Source: Somniosus microcephalus
Taxonomy: Eukaryota
Length of the DNA: 64,000 bases
Direction of reading: 5' to 3'
Assembly (NCBI GenBank): GCA_052327205.1
Contig: CM126212.1
Location: forward strand, 54,374,001 to 54,438,000
Shown piece by piece: positions 25,525 through 38,700 of the stretch (its first letter is position 1; each line of letters begins with the position of its first letter). The notes under the pieces are model-generated. The model did no database searches. It was not told the origin of the DNA and worked only from the letters and a program-made list of their open reading frames with translations. The position numbers and the translations under genes are program-made.

Positions 25525-25980
25525 GGCAGGAATGACGTATGAGGAGAGATTGTGTCGATTGGGCTTATATTCGCTGGAGTTTAGAAGATTGAGAGGGGAT
25601 CTCATCGAAACCTATAAAATTCTGTCAGGCCTGGACAGACTAGATGCAGGAAGGATGTTTCTGATGGCCGGGGAGTCCAGAACCAGGAGTCATAGTCTAA
25701 GGATAAGGGGTAAGCCATTTAGGACTGAAATGAGGAGGAATTTCTTCACCCAGAGAGTGGTGAACCTGTGGAATTCTCTGCCACAAAGGGCAGTGGAGGC
25801 CAGTTCATTAAATATATTCAAGAAAGAGTTGGATATATTTCTTAAGGCTAAAGGGATCAAGGGATACGGGGAGAAGGCAGGGACAGGGTACTGAATTTGG
25901 ATGATCAGCCATGATCTCATTGAATGGCGGAGCAGGCTCGAAGGGCCGAATGGCCTACTCCTGCTCCTATCTTCCATGTA
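25525..25980 (+). mobile_element. Young CR1 3' end, near-identical to 1616-2075
   Basis: Almost identical translation and nucleotide sequence to the 3' end of the CR1 at 1616-4511, in opposite orientation. Confidence 0.95.
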
Positions 25981-27529
25981 CTATTATCACTAGACTTGCC
26001 GCTTGCATTTTTTTACACTAATTTTAATCTTTTTTTCTCATTTGAGGAACTCCAGCTTTTGGTGCAACTTCTTTTCTTGAGGGCGTATGTATTGTCTGTT
26101 CCCTAATCATTTCCAATTTGAAGGTTTTCCCATTTTATGCACTTTTTCTGCCAGTTTTTCTTTCCAATTTATCAGAGCTGGTGCTTTTTTTTAAATCCAC
26201 TTTAAAATTGGCTTATTTGTAGTCAAGTACCTTCATCTTTGTCGCCCTTCCTGTTTCATTTTTTTTATAGAGCCTAATTATGTTAAGTTTGTTGTTTCCT
26301 AGATATTGCCCTGCCTTTACATTACCTACTCACCCCACTTCATTTCCTGAACTAGATCCAGCACTGCCTCTTGGACTAAAAACAATCTGATCTAGAAAAC
26401 AATCCTGGACAAATAGTAACGCATCTTTGCTACTTGCATTATTTTTACCCCAGTCTATCTTTAGATAATTAAATCCAGTAGTATCTCCCCATGTAAAGTC
26501 CACTTTTCCGCTGTTCGGCAGCCTACACTATTATTCCCAATAAAGTATCAATTCCTTTCTTAGTCTTTAACTTTAACCAAACGGAATAAACTCTGCTATC
26601 GTTCCCATGTTCTAGTGCTACAATGAAATCTTCGATTTGCCAGTTTGCCACCCTTCCTCCCCTTTTCCTGTCTTCAGAATATTTTGTAATCAGAAATGTT
26701 CAGTTTCCAGTCCTGCCTTGGCCAATGCCACATTCTGGTTAATGCTTTACATCATACCCCATAGCAATTTGTGCCTCCAGCTAACCAACTTTTGAAATAT
26801 TTTGTACATTTACATACGTAATCTCACATTTGTCTCGTTCATTTTAATTCTTCCTTCTAATCTATTTTTTGAAATCTTACCTATATCCCTTGTCCCTTTC
26901 TGCTTTCTCATCTTGTTTTTTTTCTCCCTTCCTCTCGCTATATTAGTTTAAATTCTCACTCTCGGCTTGTTCAGGTAAAACCTGTCCATCCTGTAAAGGC
27001 CATTCTTGCCCTTGCACCGTTCCCAGTGAATCTGAACACTTACTTCCTACGTAAGCTATTCAGTCATGCACCTAACTCAGTTATTGTACTAGTCCCATAC
27101 TGACTAGAGCAAGGTGCCAGGAGTAATCCTGAGATTATTACCCTCGAGGTCTTGCTCTTTAATCTATATTCTAATTGCTGAAACTTCCTATGCAGTCCTC
27201 AATTCTGGTTCTTCCTAGGTCATTGGATCAATTTGAACCATGACTTTTGTTATTCCCTTCCCTGTCCAAAATCTTTTACACCTGTTCCATATCATCACTT
27301 ACTCTGGCATTGGGGAGGTCGCACATCATTCAGGACTTTCAGCTGCAACCATATCTATTCCCGACTATGGAACCCCCTATTATTACTATGTTTCTGCATT
27401 TCACTTCCCTCTCTTTAGCAACCACTTGCTCCAGTGTTGTGGTTTTGCTCGTGGTTCATCTTCTCAGAGTTGTTACTGTCAGCAATACCCGTTTGTCAAT
27501 TCAACACTTGGGAGATCTCTGCACGCCGT

Positions 27530-27905
27530 GATATTAACATTCTCATCCGTGTTTTCAAATTCCTCCATGGCCTCGCCCCACCCCATCTCTGTAATCACCT
27601 CCAACCTTAAAGGTTATCTGCTCTCCTCCAACTCTGGCCTCTTAAGCATCCCCAATTTTAATCGCTCCACCATTGGCGGCCGTGCCTTCAGCTGCCAAGG
27701 CCCTGAGCTCTGGAATTCCCTCCCTAAACCTCTTTGCCTCTCTTTCCTCCTTTAAGATGCTCCTTAAAACCTACCTCTCATCTGCCCTAATATCTCCTTA
27801 TGTGGTTCGGTGTCAAATTTTGTTTGATAACGCTCCTGTGACGCGCCTTGGAACATTTTACTACATTAAAGGCACTATATAAATGCAAGTGGTTGTTGCT
27901 GTTGC
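27530..27905 (+). mobile_element. L2 LINE 3' end
   Basis: STIGGRAFSCQGPELWNSLP motif; (gtt)n tail. Confidence 0.85.
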
Positions 27906-28695
27906 CTTCTGTCTTCTCTTCCTACCCCGATATATGGCCACCACCCGCTTTCCATTCTCACTAATATGTTCTGGCTGAGGGGGTAACCATCAGCTTCCCA
28001 GATGTGATGAAGTGTCGGCAACTGCTCTTCAAGCTCAAAAACCTTGAGCTGAATTGCAAGCAGTTGGAGACACTTCCTACATGTGGTCATCCTGGACACA
28101 TAAGATCCAAAACCAATCACATCATGTAGATACTGCGCAAATGGCTTCAATTGTCTCTCACCCCATATTAAACTAAACTGTTTTAAGTTTGAATTTTCTG
28201 AAAGGACTCAAACTAACAAAACTTTAATACTAATGTTCAACATTAGACCAGAACCAGCCGAAAAGATCTGAAGTAGTGGGTTTTCATCTCCATACAGCTG
28301 ACCAAATTACCAACAGAAGTGTGAAGATTTTAGTTTTAAACTCATTATGCAGCAGCGTCTACTCAGTTGGTTGGATCAGATAGGATATGTTGTGATCTTG
28401 ATTCAGAGAATAAAGATTAGTCCATCATAGTTACATGATCTACCTTTCTCCTTCATTTTCAAGTTTTCTCCACATGTATTAGCCCAACCTTACAAGTGGC
28501 AAACCGCTCTGACCAACTGCAGTCCACCAATGACCCATCCATGATGACAGCAGCACAGGAACTGTTGCACTGCTCAATTATAACATTATCTTTCTCTACC
28601 CACTACTGCTCTGTACTTCAGTCACTTCAAAAGGAATGAGTACATCTCTACTTGGTCCCAAAATTGGTCCAACTTAGATAACTTTTATGAACACT

Positions 28696-29160
28696 GGGGA
28701 TCAAATTGGGCCGTGTAGAGCCTGGTTTTCAGGCATTTCGCAGCCTTCCAAGACTCTAAAGGGCGGGTAGGAAGCACATGCGCACTTCCAACTGGAAGTG
28801 TGTCGCCTGCCATAGTGGGAAAGGACAAATAAAAGGTATCCTTTACCCACACCAACCCAAAAATCGCCTAAAGAAATAAAAAGGAAAGTTACTTGCCATA
28901 ATCACCATGCTGATCATCGCCGCTCCCGGTCCAGAGATCCCCGACCTCCAGGTCCAGCCCTGACCTCACCGACCCCGATTGCAATCCCCCACCATCCCCT
29001 GATTATTGCCGCTCCAAAACAACCAATCCTTCCACCCGACACAACCACTTACCTGTGGGCCGTTGCTTCGAACTTGAACACTTACTAGTGTGGCCTCCTG
29101 CCGCTGCACCATCTTTAATGTAATCAGGTCCAAGGCCAAAAATGCAGAGCTCCTCGGACT
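28696..29160. mobile_element. Degenerate GC-rich MITE-like element
   Basis: GGGGATCAAATT start and internal cacttacctg, resembling the 43121/51401 class; no intact second TIR. Confidence 0.4.
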
Positions 29161-29379
29161 TCACCATTTATGTGTGTGTGGTGGTGGTGGTGGTGGTGGT
29201 TGGGGGGGGGGGGAAGGAATCAGTCAAAATATGGATGCTCTTGAACTTAGTCCTCATTGTACCTACTTCCCAAATGGAAAAACAGAAGGAACAATATCAC
29301 TTTTGCTGTATTTAAAATGTGTTTATCAGCAAGAATAAAAAACAGCTCTACAGGTTAAACAAAGAACCCAACATGGAAG

Positions 29380-32300
29380 TTTAACAGCTTCTTTGCTTAT
29401 TAAATAACCACAAAAAACTCTTAAAATCATACAGAATAAATAGTCAAAAATAATTTACACATTTGGTACAAAGATCAGGGAAGGGCAGTTTATGAATTGT
29501 TTTGTTTAAAAGTTTTCACATCTCAAAAGGGGACGAAAACCTTTACAGCTGATATGGCTTTTTATCGAAACAATGCTATGAACAATTTTTTTCTGCTTCT
29601 GTACAACATTTACATCATAAAAGCCATTCAGAACCTGCTCCAAAGCCAAAGAAAAACCTTCTATTGTAGTGCATCAATCAGAACTTCAGAGAGTCTCCCC
29701 ATCAGCACCTTTTCTAAAACCATTACACAGAATTAGGATCAATGTGTTTTATGTACTTCTACTGATTTTATTGTTTAAACAATGGATGCTAATGACATAA
29801 TCTAATCATCCATAAGTGCAGAGGGATTGCACTGGGTTGGGTTGGAGTTACTGAGCCCAATAATGCAAGGACGGTGAATATACATGACACAATTGTGGTT
29901 ACACACAAGGTTATTGTCCGCTGATGTTAATTCAGTTCTGTCAAGCTGCCATGTTCAGTAATTCCTTCTGATCAGTTCCTCAAATCAGGTCTCAGAACCC
30001 AATGTTTAAAAAAAAAAATCTCCCACCAAGGATGTTAAGGATTAATGATAATTCTTTGATTCATCCATTCTTTTTTTTTTTTAAAAAAAGCTCTGATGGG
30101 GAAGTCTCTCTCTAACACATAACACTCATCCAACACTTTCAAAATGAGCTGAAACAAAAAAGATGTCAAGATTCAAAGCTTCAGTCACAAATGATTGGAA
30201 ATGGACACAACATTCTCCAGAGCGCAGGTTGAGGCCTGGTCAATTATACTGGGACAGCAGGATCACAGCTGCTCCTAGCTGTAAAAGTGCAACAATTGAA
30301 TGGCCTACTCCTGTTCCTATGAATACAAAGTAATACTGCTAGATGTACACTGGAAAGAATTCAACTACAATTAGTTGCATTTTTGAACTGTTGAGTGACA
30401 GTAAATTTTCAGTTAGTGGTTACACAGCCCAGAACTACATTCAAACTTAATGGTACTTTCAGAACAGAAAGAATGCCACCATATTGTGATGAGTTACCAA
30501 CCAATGTGCTTTCAGTTGTGAGAAACACTTTTGTAGTTCATTACAGGTCTGTCACACTCAAAAGAACACTAGTAACAAACCACTTATCGTGAGATAATCA
30601 AACTTCACGTCTCACTGGTGGTGTTAGTAAGTTAAGGGACTATGTAATCATTGGAGGAAGAGTCAGAACAATTACTAATCGGTTATATTTGCACGAAGAA
30701 TGCACCAGTTTAAGTTCATATTTGAAATATTCAGCATATTTACCTTTCAGTGCAAGTTTTTAAAAAACAGGTATTAAAAAGCAGTTAATAAATTAGCACT
30801 ACTGCATGTAAAATGAAAACATTGCCTTGCGCAAAAAATAAAAATGTTTTGTTGCAAATTAAGTTAATTTCAATAGAAACGTACTATCAATAACACACAA
30901 TTGCACAAATACAAATTGCTAGAAGAGATTGAAGGAGCTGTAAACCAAAACCATTGGCTGAATGAACTGGCTCAGAAAAGGCCATCTGGCATAGTGGGGT
31001 CTTCAGTCTCAGCGGAAAAAAACCCAGCACAGCTCTTAACAAGTCTATTAGAAATTAGGAAGCTTTCTCAGTGATGGCTGTCAATCTGCCCACTTCACTA
31101 TGGTGATATACGTTTAGCACAACGTACTGCAAGGGTTACTTCAAGTTTGGTTTGTGGGTATTTAGTTATGTACACCCTTCATCAATTGCAGTATGAACAC
31201 AGCTGTCCATACATATGAGCACCGTTATTAAACCAACTTTGTGACCAAGTCACTTTATTTTCCAGAGTGTCAGGATTATGTCATGCTATGGAATCAATGC
31301 CACAATAATTATGGCACACTATATACTTCCTTCTTTGGACAACTAATAAATTGATGTTCTTTAAAGATACTAACCACACTGATAGGATTATAGTTATAGT
31401 TCACTCACTACCAGATTAAAGCTGGTCTGATCTATGTTGGGCCACTGCATGGCCAAACTGAATGCTAATCCCATTGGTCTTCTGAGAGCTGAACTCAGTC
31501 TTGGTCTGGTCAAGTTTTACATGCATGATTTGGGTTTTCATTTGGATCAACCCCTTTGAATCTGAAAGGTGCGGCCATTTGCAAGTCAGCTGATGAGGAT
31601 TGCGTAAAGGTACTACGTAGTTGTGCGACACTAAATTCTAACAGCAATAAAGATCTCTTCACACTTGGCCCAACTGGGCTATATGATGATGGTAGGAGGC
31701 AGGTTAAAATGGAGATTGAATCCCACTTACTCTACTCTTAGCATTTGGCATTTACAATAAGCCACACTCCCACAGATGGCTTCTCAAATGTGAGGACATC
31801 AAATTAAACACCTTTCAGGGGACTCCTATTATGAACTCTATAGAAATTATTCAATTAGAACAATGACTTTATTGGGGAAATGGAAGAGATTTCTTCTCTG
31901 CAGCCACTAACTGTTGAATGCACTCCCTTATACCTGCAACACTTAACAGCCATCAGTGAAGAAAGACATCTTTAATTTTATATTCTTGGACAAGAACCAA
32001 AATTCAGTCATCAGAATGAATTAGTGAGAAAGGGAAAGATGAAAACTGTAGCTGTACACACAGCAGCAGGAAGAGAATGAAAGGTTATACTTGAATCAAA
32101 CTCTGAAATAGCAATGCATTTAAAACCAGAAAATCTGGAGATTTCTCTGGGGCTGGTCAACAAACCGTACTGAAGCTTTGAATGCTGACAAACATTTCAC
32201 TCTGCAATCAGAACTTTCCTGATGTGAGGCTCGAGTCTGGAGGAAGAAGTGTAGTCTCAGTTTAGACTCGCTTGGAAAATGAATCTACATTTGTTTTATA

Positions 32301-35300
32301 AAAAGAAATTCTCAGTAAATTCTTCCTATTTAATTGATGCAGAGAATAGATTTAGGAATTGTACAAACCAAGTAGACATTATAACACACCCATTGAACAG
32401 TCTCTATTCCCTACCAGTGGGCACTGTTTGGGGACAGCCAACACAAAAACGGCCACAATCATCCACCACACTAATTGAATCAAACACAAATAGAAAAGTT
32501 AAAGAAAGATTGAATATGTTGTTAAGATGAACCAATAAGGGCAGAGCTCCCAACTTCTGATCTTTTATGAAACTGTTCCTGCAATGATGTTGGAACATGT
32601 GGGAAAGAAAAACAGGAGAAAACTACCCAAAAGGGCACTATTCCCCCCCCCCCCCCCCCCAAAAAAACCTACCGTGTGCACAATTACTGTCTTCTCCACC
32701 GCAGCACATGCCAGGTGCACCAAACTAAAAATACAAGATTAGATTCTTACTTCATTACTCAACAAATGTAAAAATTATAACTTCTCCAACTGTAAATGTT
32801 GTTCTAATTCAACATTACAGGAATCTTTAAAATCATGCTTAAAATGTTAAAGCAGTGAAAATTTGCTGAAACTTGATGAGGGAAACTTAATTGATGGGAT
32901 AAAATGCTGCAAGATGCCAACATTTTGTTTGTGTGTGTACAGGAAACTTTTGTTTAACTGGAGGTTAAATGTCCGGAAAGCTCTACCAGCAAAATTCAGG
33001 AGCCGTTTCCTATAAGTTTTTTTACTTCTCGTTGCTTTTTTTTTTCCAGTCAGGCTCTGCAAGGTCTAGCTGAAGCTGTTGCTTAGCTAGAGACGCTTTT
33101 AAGCTGCGGCCGACTGTTTTGAAGCTGTTGGGTTTGTTGATTCACACGGAGCTCAAAAGCTCCGTATGTTTTAACATTAGCGCTGGTTTCTACGGCAGTT
33201 TTGATGGTACGGCTCCGTCAGTGCCGGATACCAGAAAGTTTCCTGTACTTCTTTTGGTCTGATTCAAAGTAGAAAATGCAAAAAACTGCGGATGCAAAAT
33301 GCAGATTAGCAGCAGATTCTTAGAAGAGTTTTACGGTTTAAATTTAGATTGTGGACTACCTGTGTCGCAAGCAGTTTATTTTTTCCATAATCCTCAAATC
33401 CATCTGCATATCTGGTTTATACCTTAGTCATCATTTCTGACACGTAGTTCATTTTGAATAAACTTGCGGCCTGAGTACTGCACTGTAACATGCACTGGCG
33501 GTCCCAGTACAATGGCCCATTGTTATGTAGTTCAGCTTTGTAATCGCTTGCCCCGTTCCCAGGAAGCCTAAGGATGCAATCATTTGGCCCACAGCCAATG
33601 AGTAACAATTTGGACGCTGTTGGACAGTACAGTGTTGGGAGATAATCCTTCAGTCCACTCCGGGGCAGTGCTGTACACCAATCTAATTGTTTGACAGTAG
33701 TTTGGATTAAGAAATAAAGCACAGGTCTCCTACAATCCTTCTGTGGTACATAAAATTAACAATGCTAACACCTAGGCTACAGATACACAAGAGACTACAG
33801 GTAGTACACAATCTGTAGCACTCCAGTTATATATTTTTTAAAACCGCAGAGAATCTTACCTGTACATTGTGATGCGCAGCCAGCAGACCAGTTACACTGC
33901 CGACTGCTCCTTGCACTAGAGTGCAGCAGCAAATCTGCACACATGTGCTTGGACACGGAGCTCCACTCAGGTTTAATGTTCTGAGAGAGCAGACAGGAGC
34001 TTCTCCAATAGCATTAAAAAAAGGTCAAAAGTAAGTTTGTAAAGCTCGACGGTAGCTCAGTGGATCCCGCGGGCACGGAAAGCCCTAGCAGCGCGAGATC
34101 ACCTCTTAAAAGTAAACCACGCAACTGTTGCTTTAGTTCGCTTGGGAGTCAGCACCTGAAATTGGTTCACATGAACAGAAAAGTGGTACCATAACTCAAA
34201 CATAAAGCACAGCAGGACACATCTAAAAGACAACTAAAAAAGGGAGAGTATATATTCAGGATGGAAAATCTTTCTACCTTATATGTAATTAGAGTGCTAT
34301 ACGTTTAAAAAGGAAATGGTGAGTGGTGCACTAAAAACAAACTGACAATTTAAAATCAACAGCACAGAAACAAATTGAGAAGGTGCATCTAGACCTTGAT
34401 GTTGGGTGAAGCAATTATAAAATACTGTACTCAGCATCAAGCTTCAAGTTTGTTTCTGACAGACACTAAGGAAAGAGGACAAGAGGCAGAGACCCATTAA
34501 AGCTGATTCAGCAGCTCAGGATAAAGATTACAGAAGATGGAGTGTGGGGGCGGGGAAGAGAACCACTAATGTGATAGCGGGATTATAGAACCATAAATTA
34601 GAAAGATAAAAGTACCAGACATAGCGAATAGGAAAGCTAGTATGGTGTGTGAACAAAGGAGGCATAGCAATATCAGTTGGAGGTTCTCGCCAAGACGATG
34701 AAAATCCTGATGAACAAATAGCCCATTACAAATAACTACCACTTACCAAACCACATGTGCAGCATAAAGAAATGGATTTCATTTTTAGACTGACCATCAG
34801 AGACTTGTTTGTTACTGCCTAGTTCCTCAGTTCACACGTACACAAACCTATGCACTTTTTGAACACACTTTGCATCAACACCATGCACCTCAATAGGAAT
34901 TCTCAGAAAAATTCACCTGTACATCAGACAGACATTTAAGGGCATATTGCTGCAATGGGGGCCAAAATTCAGTGAGCCTAAGCTACTATTATTAGTTTAA
35001 TGATCTCCTTGTACCATAATCAATCCCACATGGACAGAATAATCACTATAATCATGTGAGCCATGGATTTGAACATATTCTTTCAGGTAGAATACAGTCA
35101 CTAATGTTTTACGTTCCCTCTAGGATTAGTACTGTTTTGCTTTTAATGGAAAGCACAAATGGGTGTGTTATATATCACAAAAGGTTTGTATAACTCTCTC
35201 CAGAACATTCTTTCATCAATCAAGGAATAACTTGGTACAAACCATAAGAACATCACCAGATCTGCATCAAGACTCTTAAGTTCTTACAACAGTTTTGTTT

Positions 35301-35628
35301 CCATGCCCAATCTAAGCACGTGCTCGAACTGCATTTCAGTTTCTGACGTTGGGAGAGATTTTCGCCCTAGTGTTCGGTCCCATCGCAGGATCCTTTTGGC
35401 CTCTTCTGTTTTGTAGCTTCACGCAGTGTCACTGACTGCCAGCATAATGTTATCATAAATCTAATACTGATTCACGGGAAGTACTGTCAAGCATATTGCA
35501 CATTTTTCAAACCTCTGTGTCATTTACAAATGGTTTCTCCAGTAGTCAGTGCCCGTTATGGGCAGCTTAATTGGCAAGGTGCTGAGAAATGGGGGACTCT
35601 AAATGCGTCCCTTGTTCGGTTCATGACC
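29380..35628 (-). other. CRAMP1: Probable long (~6 kb) CRAMP1 3'UTR
   Basis: Repeat-poor AU-rich stretch after the stop codon; minus-strand AATAAA e.g. at 29767-29772; the end point is uncertain. Confidence 0.5.
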
Positions 35629-35781
35629 TTACTGCGAAAGATCTCCAATTGGAGGGACACTGTCAAAAAGCATCTCCTTCCTTGAAGTCTCAGCCCCCGA
35701 GAGCTCTTGGGCGAGGTCGTTAAAGCGGGCAATGTAATCCACACTGCTTTCATTCATCATACACACCAGCTGAGAGTCGAC
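35629..35781 (-). CDS. CRAMP1: CRAMP1 last coding exon
   Basis: atatag|GTC; VDSQLVCMMNESSVDYIARFNDLAQEL...DLSQ; TAA at 35631-35629. Confidence 0.93.
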   Translation of the reverse strand, partial: VDSQLVCMMNESSVDYIARFNDLAQELSGAETSRKEMLFDSVPPIGDLSQ

Positions 35782-38700
35782 CTATATAACAAAGACAGCC
35801 AGCCTGAAAATGAGTACATGGAGTACAAATGCTTAAAATAAAAATTTAGATTTCCCCTCTCTGCCTACCCCTTAAGAATTTGACCAAGTTGTTCTCTGCT
35901 AATGCCTGCCTTTTACTGGCTACCAGGAACTACTTGATACACTGGCACAGATGAACTTGTCCCATGAGCAGGTTTTTCTACCTCCTTTGTTTTTTGGTAC
36001 TGGTAGGGATGGGAGGGGGAGGGAGGAGGGAAAGAAGTGCTTCCCTCAGATGAACACTGTGGTGCCAATAGGCCAGCTATGAAATAAAAATGCTTTAAAA
36101 TGTTTGCATGGTTCAGATGATCAGTAACACAGGTGCACTTCCATAGTCGTTTTCCAAAAGGATCCAAAACATTTCAAACCTTCCTTTGAATTAGCTTTGG
36201 ACAGAAAATATAGTTCTATATCTGAAATGCTGTATCGCGTGGCAATTCAGAATTAAAGCCATATTATACTACAGTATTACACATCTGTGAAGAATACATT
36301 TTTGCAAAGATAAAAGTACTGCTGAAGAAAGAATGGGAACACCAATCCATCCCTTGCTGGATAATAGGAACACTGTTAGAACAATTATTCTTACTAGTGC
36401 TCAGAAGGTTAAAAATATATCAGGTTGTTGAACTGTTTTTTGTACAAGAACAATATTGCTGTTTTCCTGCTGGACCTTCACTCCCCTTTAATATAAATGG
36501 CAATCAAAGCTGCCGCTCCGTGTCACTCGATTATGGGTGAATTCTACTGACTGCTCCATGGAATGCAGCAGCCAGGAAAATATCAGTGCTCACTCTAAAA
36601 CAACTTGCAACAACGATTCCAGATTAATATTAATCAGGCACTTGTCCACTAAAAGATAGACAATAGCAAAATACTGCGGATGCTGGAAATCTGAAACAAC
36701 AGAAAATGCTGGAAACACTCAGCAGGTCAGGCAGCATCCGTGGAGAGAAACTGAGTTAACTCTGTTTCTCTCTTCACTAAAAGATATAATCAGCCAAAAT
36801 ATGTTCGTAAAGCATATTTTTCTCCCTGCACAGCACCAACATTCGAACTGAAAGTTACTGAAATAGGATCAGATGGCTGTTAACCAAGTTTCATTGCACA
36901 AATGGATTCTGCCAACTGAAATATCAAGAGTTGCAATGTTCACTCAATATGTTCCCATAGCAACAAACCAGTTTTACAAGGACCTCAATATCTGTGGCTA
37001 AATCGACATTTCAATCTTCAGTTAATTTGCCAAGAATATTTAACTTGGAAAGCCTTATTAGCCAGTAGTGCAACTCAATAGTCATAAACTAGAAAACCCT
37101 TTGGTAGCTTAGGCTTGAACCTTAAATGTTCATAATCACATATTTGATTTTTTAACGATACTGTTGAATTTTCTTCTTTCTAAAGCATTGCTTAGGTCAC
37201 TTTTCAAATAGAGCCCACCTTCTTACCTCAGAGACATCTACTAGTGAGCGGGACACAAAAGAATCTCTGGAGTTTCCATCCAATAGGCTCGTTCCAAGCA
37301 GAGAGTTGCTATTGCTATTGCTGTTGCCAGTTGTTAGCATTTTCCGCCCCTTTTCAGGTGATATTAGGCTTGCTGCAACCAATCCAGAACATATCAATTG
37401 AATACACTGCATTTCTCTTACGAGTACAGCATACCCTAAAGCAGAAAATAGTAATACAGATCCTTGAAAGGTCAAGTTCCAACCTCATTGTCTTTTTAGT
37501 GTCAGCTTGACTCAGTTGGTAGCACTCCTTTCTCTGAGTCAGAAGGTTGTGGGTTAAAAGCCAACTCCAGGACTGGAGCACACAAGCTAGGTCAACACTT
37601 CTGTGCAGTACTGAAAGAGTACTGCATTGTGGAGGTTTCATCCTTTGGATGAGATGGTGACAAAACAGAAGCATTTTTGTCAAAGATCTAGCTTGGCGTT
37701 GGCTTCTTTAATTCTATCACAGTACATAAGGGGTTAAAAACCAGCTTCACTCTCAGAAATCACATCACAACTTTAGTTGGTAAATTGTTGCAATGACTGA
37801 AGGAGCCAAGTTATCCAATTCAAATACAAACATGCTGTGTGATCTGTTTATACGTGTCCGATTGGCAGACGTTTAAATTTAATGAGCAATTCATTAAATT
37901 CACAAAGCACCCCCCGCCAGTTTTGAGCTTTTTAGCAGCCCACACTTTGACGAGTTTCATTTGGAGCTTTCAAACAGAGGCTGTCTAGCTAGAACCGATG
38001 ATGAGAATTAGATAAGCCAGGTAACTTCTGTAGTTAGTGAAGGAAAGAGTAAAAGGACCACTACATAATTATAACTTAGTTTTACCAAAAGAGATGCAAA
38101 CTATTTATTATTTTCTACTATATGAGAAGCTAACAAAGTTTAACTACTGTAAAAATACTTATTATTACTGAGTTTATTTATTTGTTCTATTACTATTCAA
38201 TAAAATTTTGCCACTTAACACGTTAAACAAAGTCTAGTGCAGTGTTAGTCTACTGCTTTCCAAAGACAGGAGAATCCTGTGGAGGCATCGGATAGAATAA
38301 TTAGCTGAGGAGTTCAGTATGCTGAACACGCTGGAACATTTTAACTAGCTATCAGGACAAGTAAAAATGCGACTGAGGATGTAGGGAGCTGCAACTCACC
38401 TACAACAGTAATTTGAAACACAGAAGCCAAAAATATCTAGAGTAAAAAGGGTACAAGAATTCAAAAACAAGAGAGACATTAAATTGAGGTCCCGTGTGCT
38501 TGTTCAGATGGGCATTAAACATCCCATTACACTAGGTGAAGGAAAGTAGGGAGTTCTTCCAGAATCCTCGTCAACATTTCACTTAACTAACATCAAAAAC
38601 AGATTACCTGGTTTCATCTCAATGTTGTTTTTGGAATTTTGCCTTGCACAAAATGAGTGCCAGGTTTTCCTACATAATAGCCGCGGCACTTCAAAGTAAT

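Larger units (their letters stand above)
24283..28100 (-). mobile_element. Cluster of old CR1 relics (tail, RT, endonuclease and ORF1 remnants) hosting younger insertions
   Basis: CR1 tail at 24283-24590; GMHPRTLMEVRKEIA RT remnant; ORF1-like TCRKCLQL..LKVFELEEQL at 27875..28150. Confidence 0.65.

Noticed and set aside
37495-37575. tRNA-like sequence
   Set aside because: SINE head continuing into the SINE body; no intact cloverleaf
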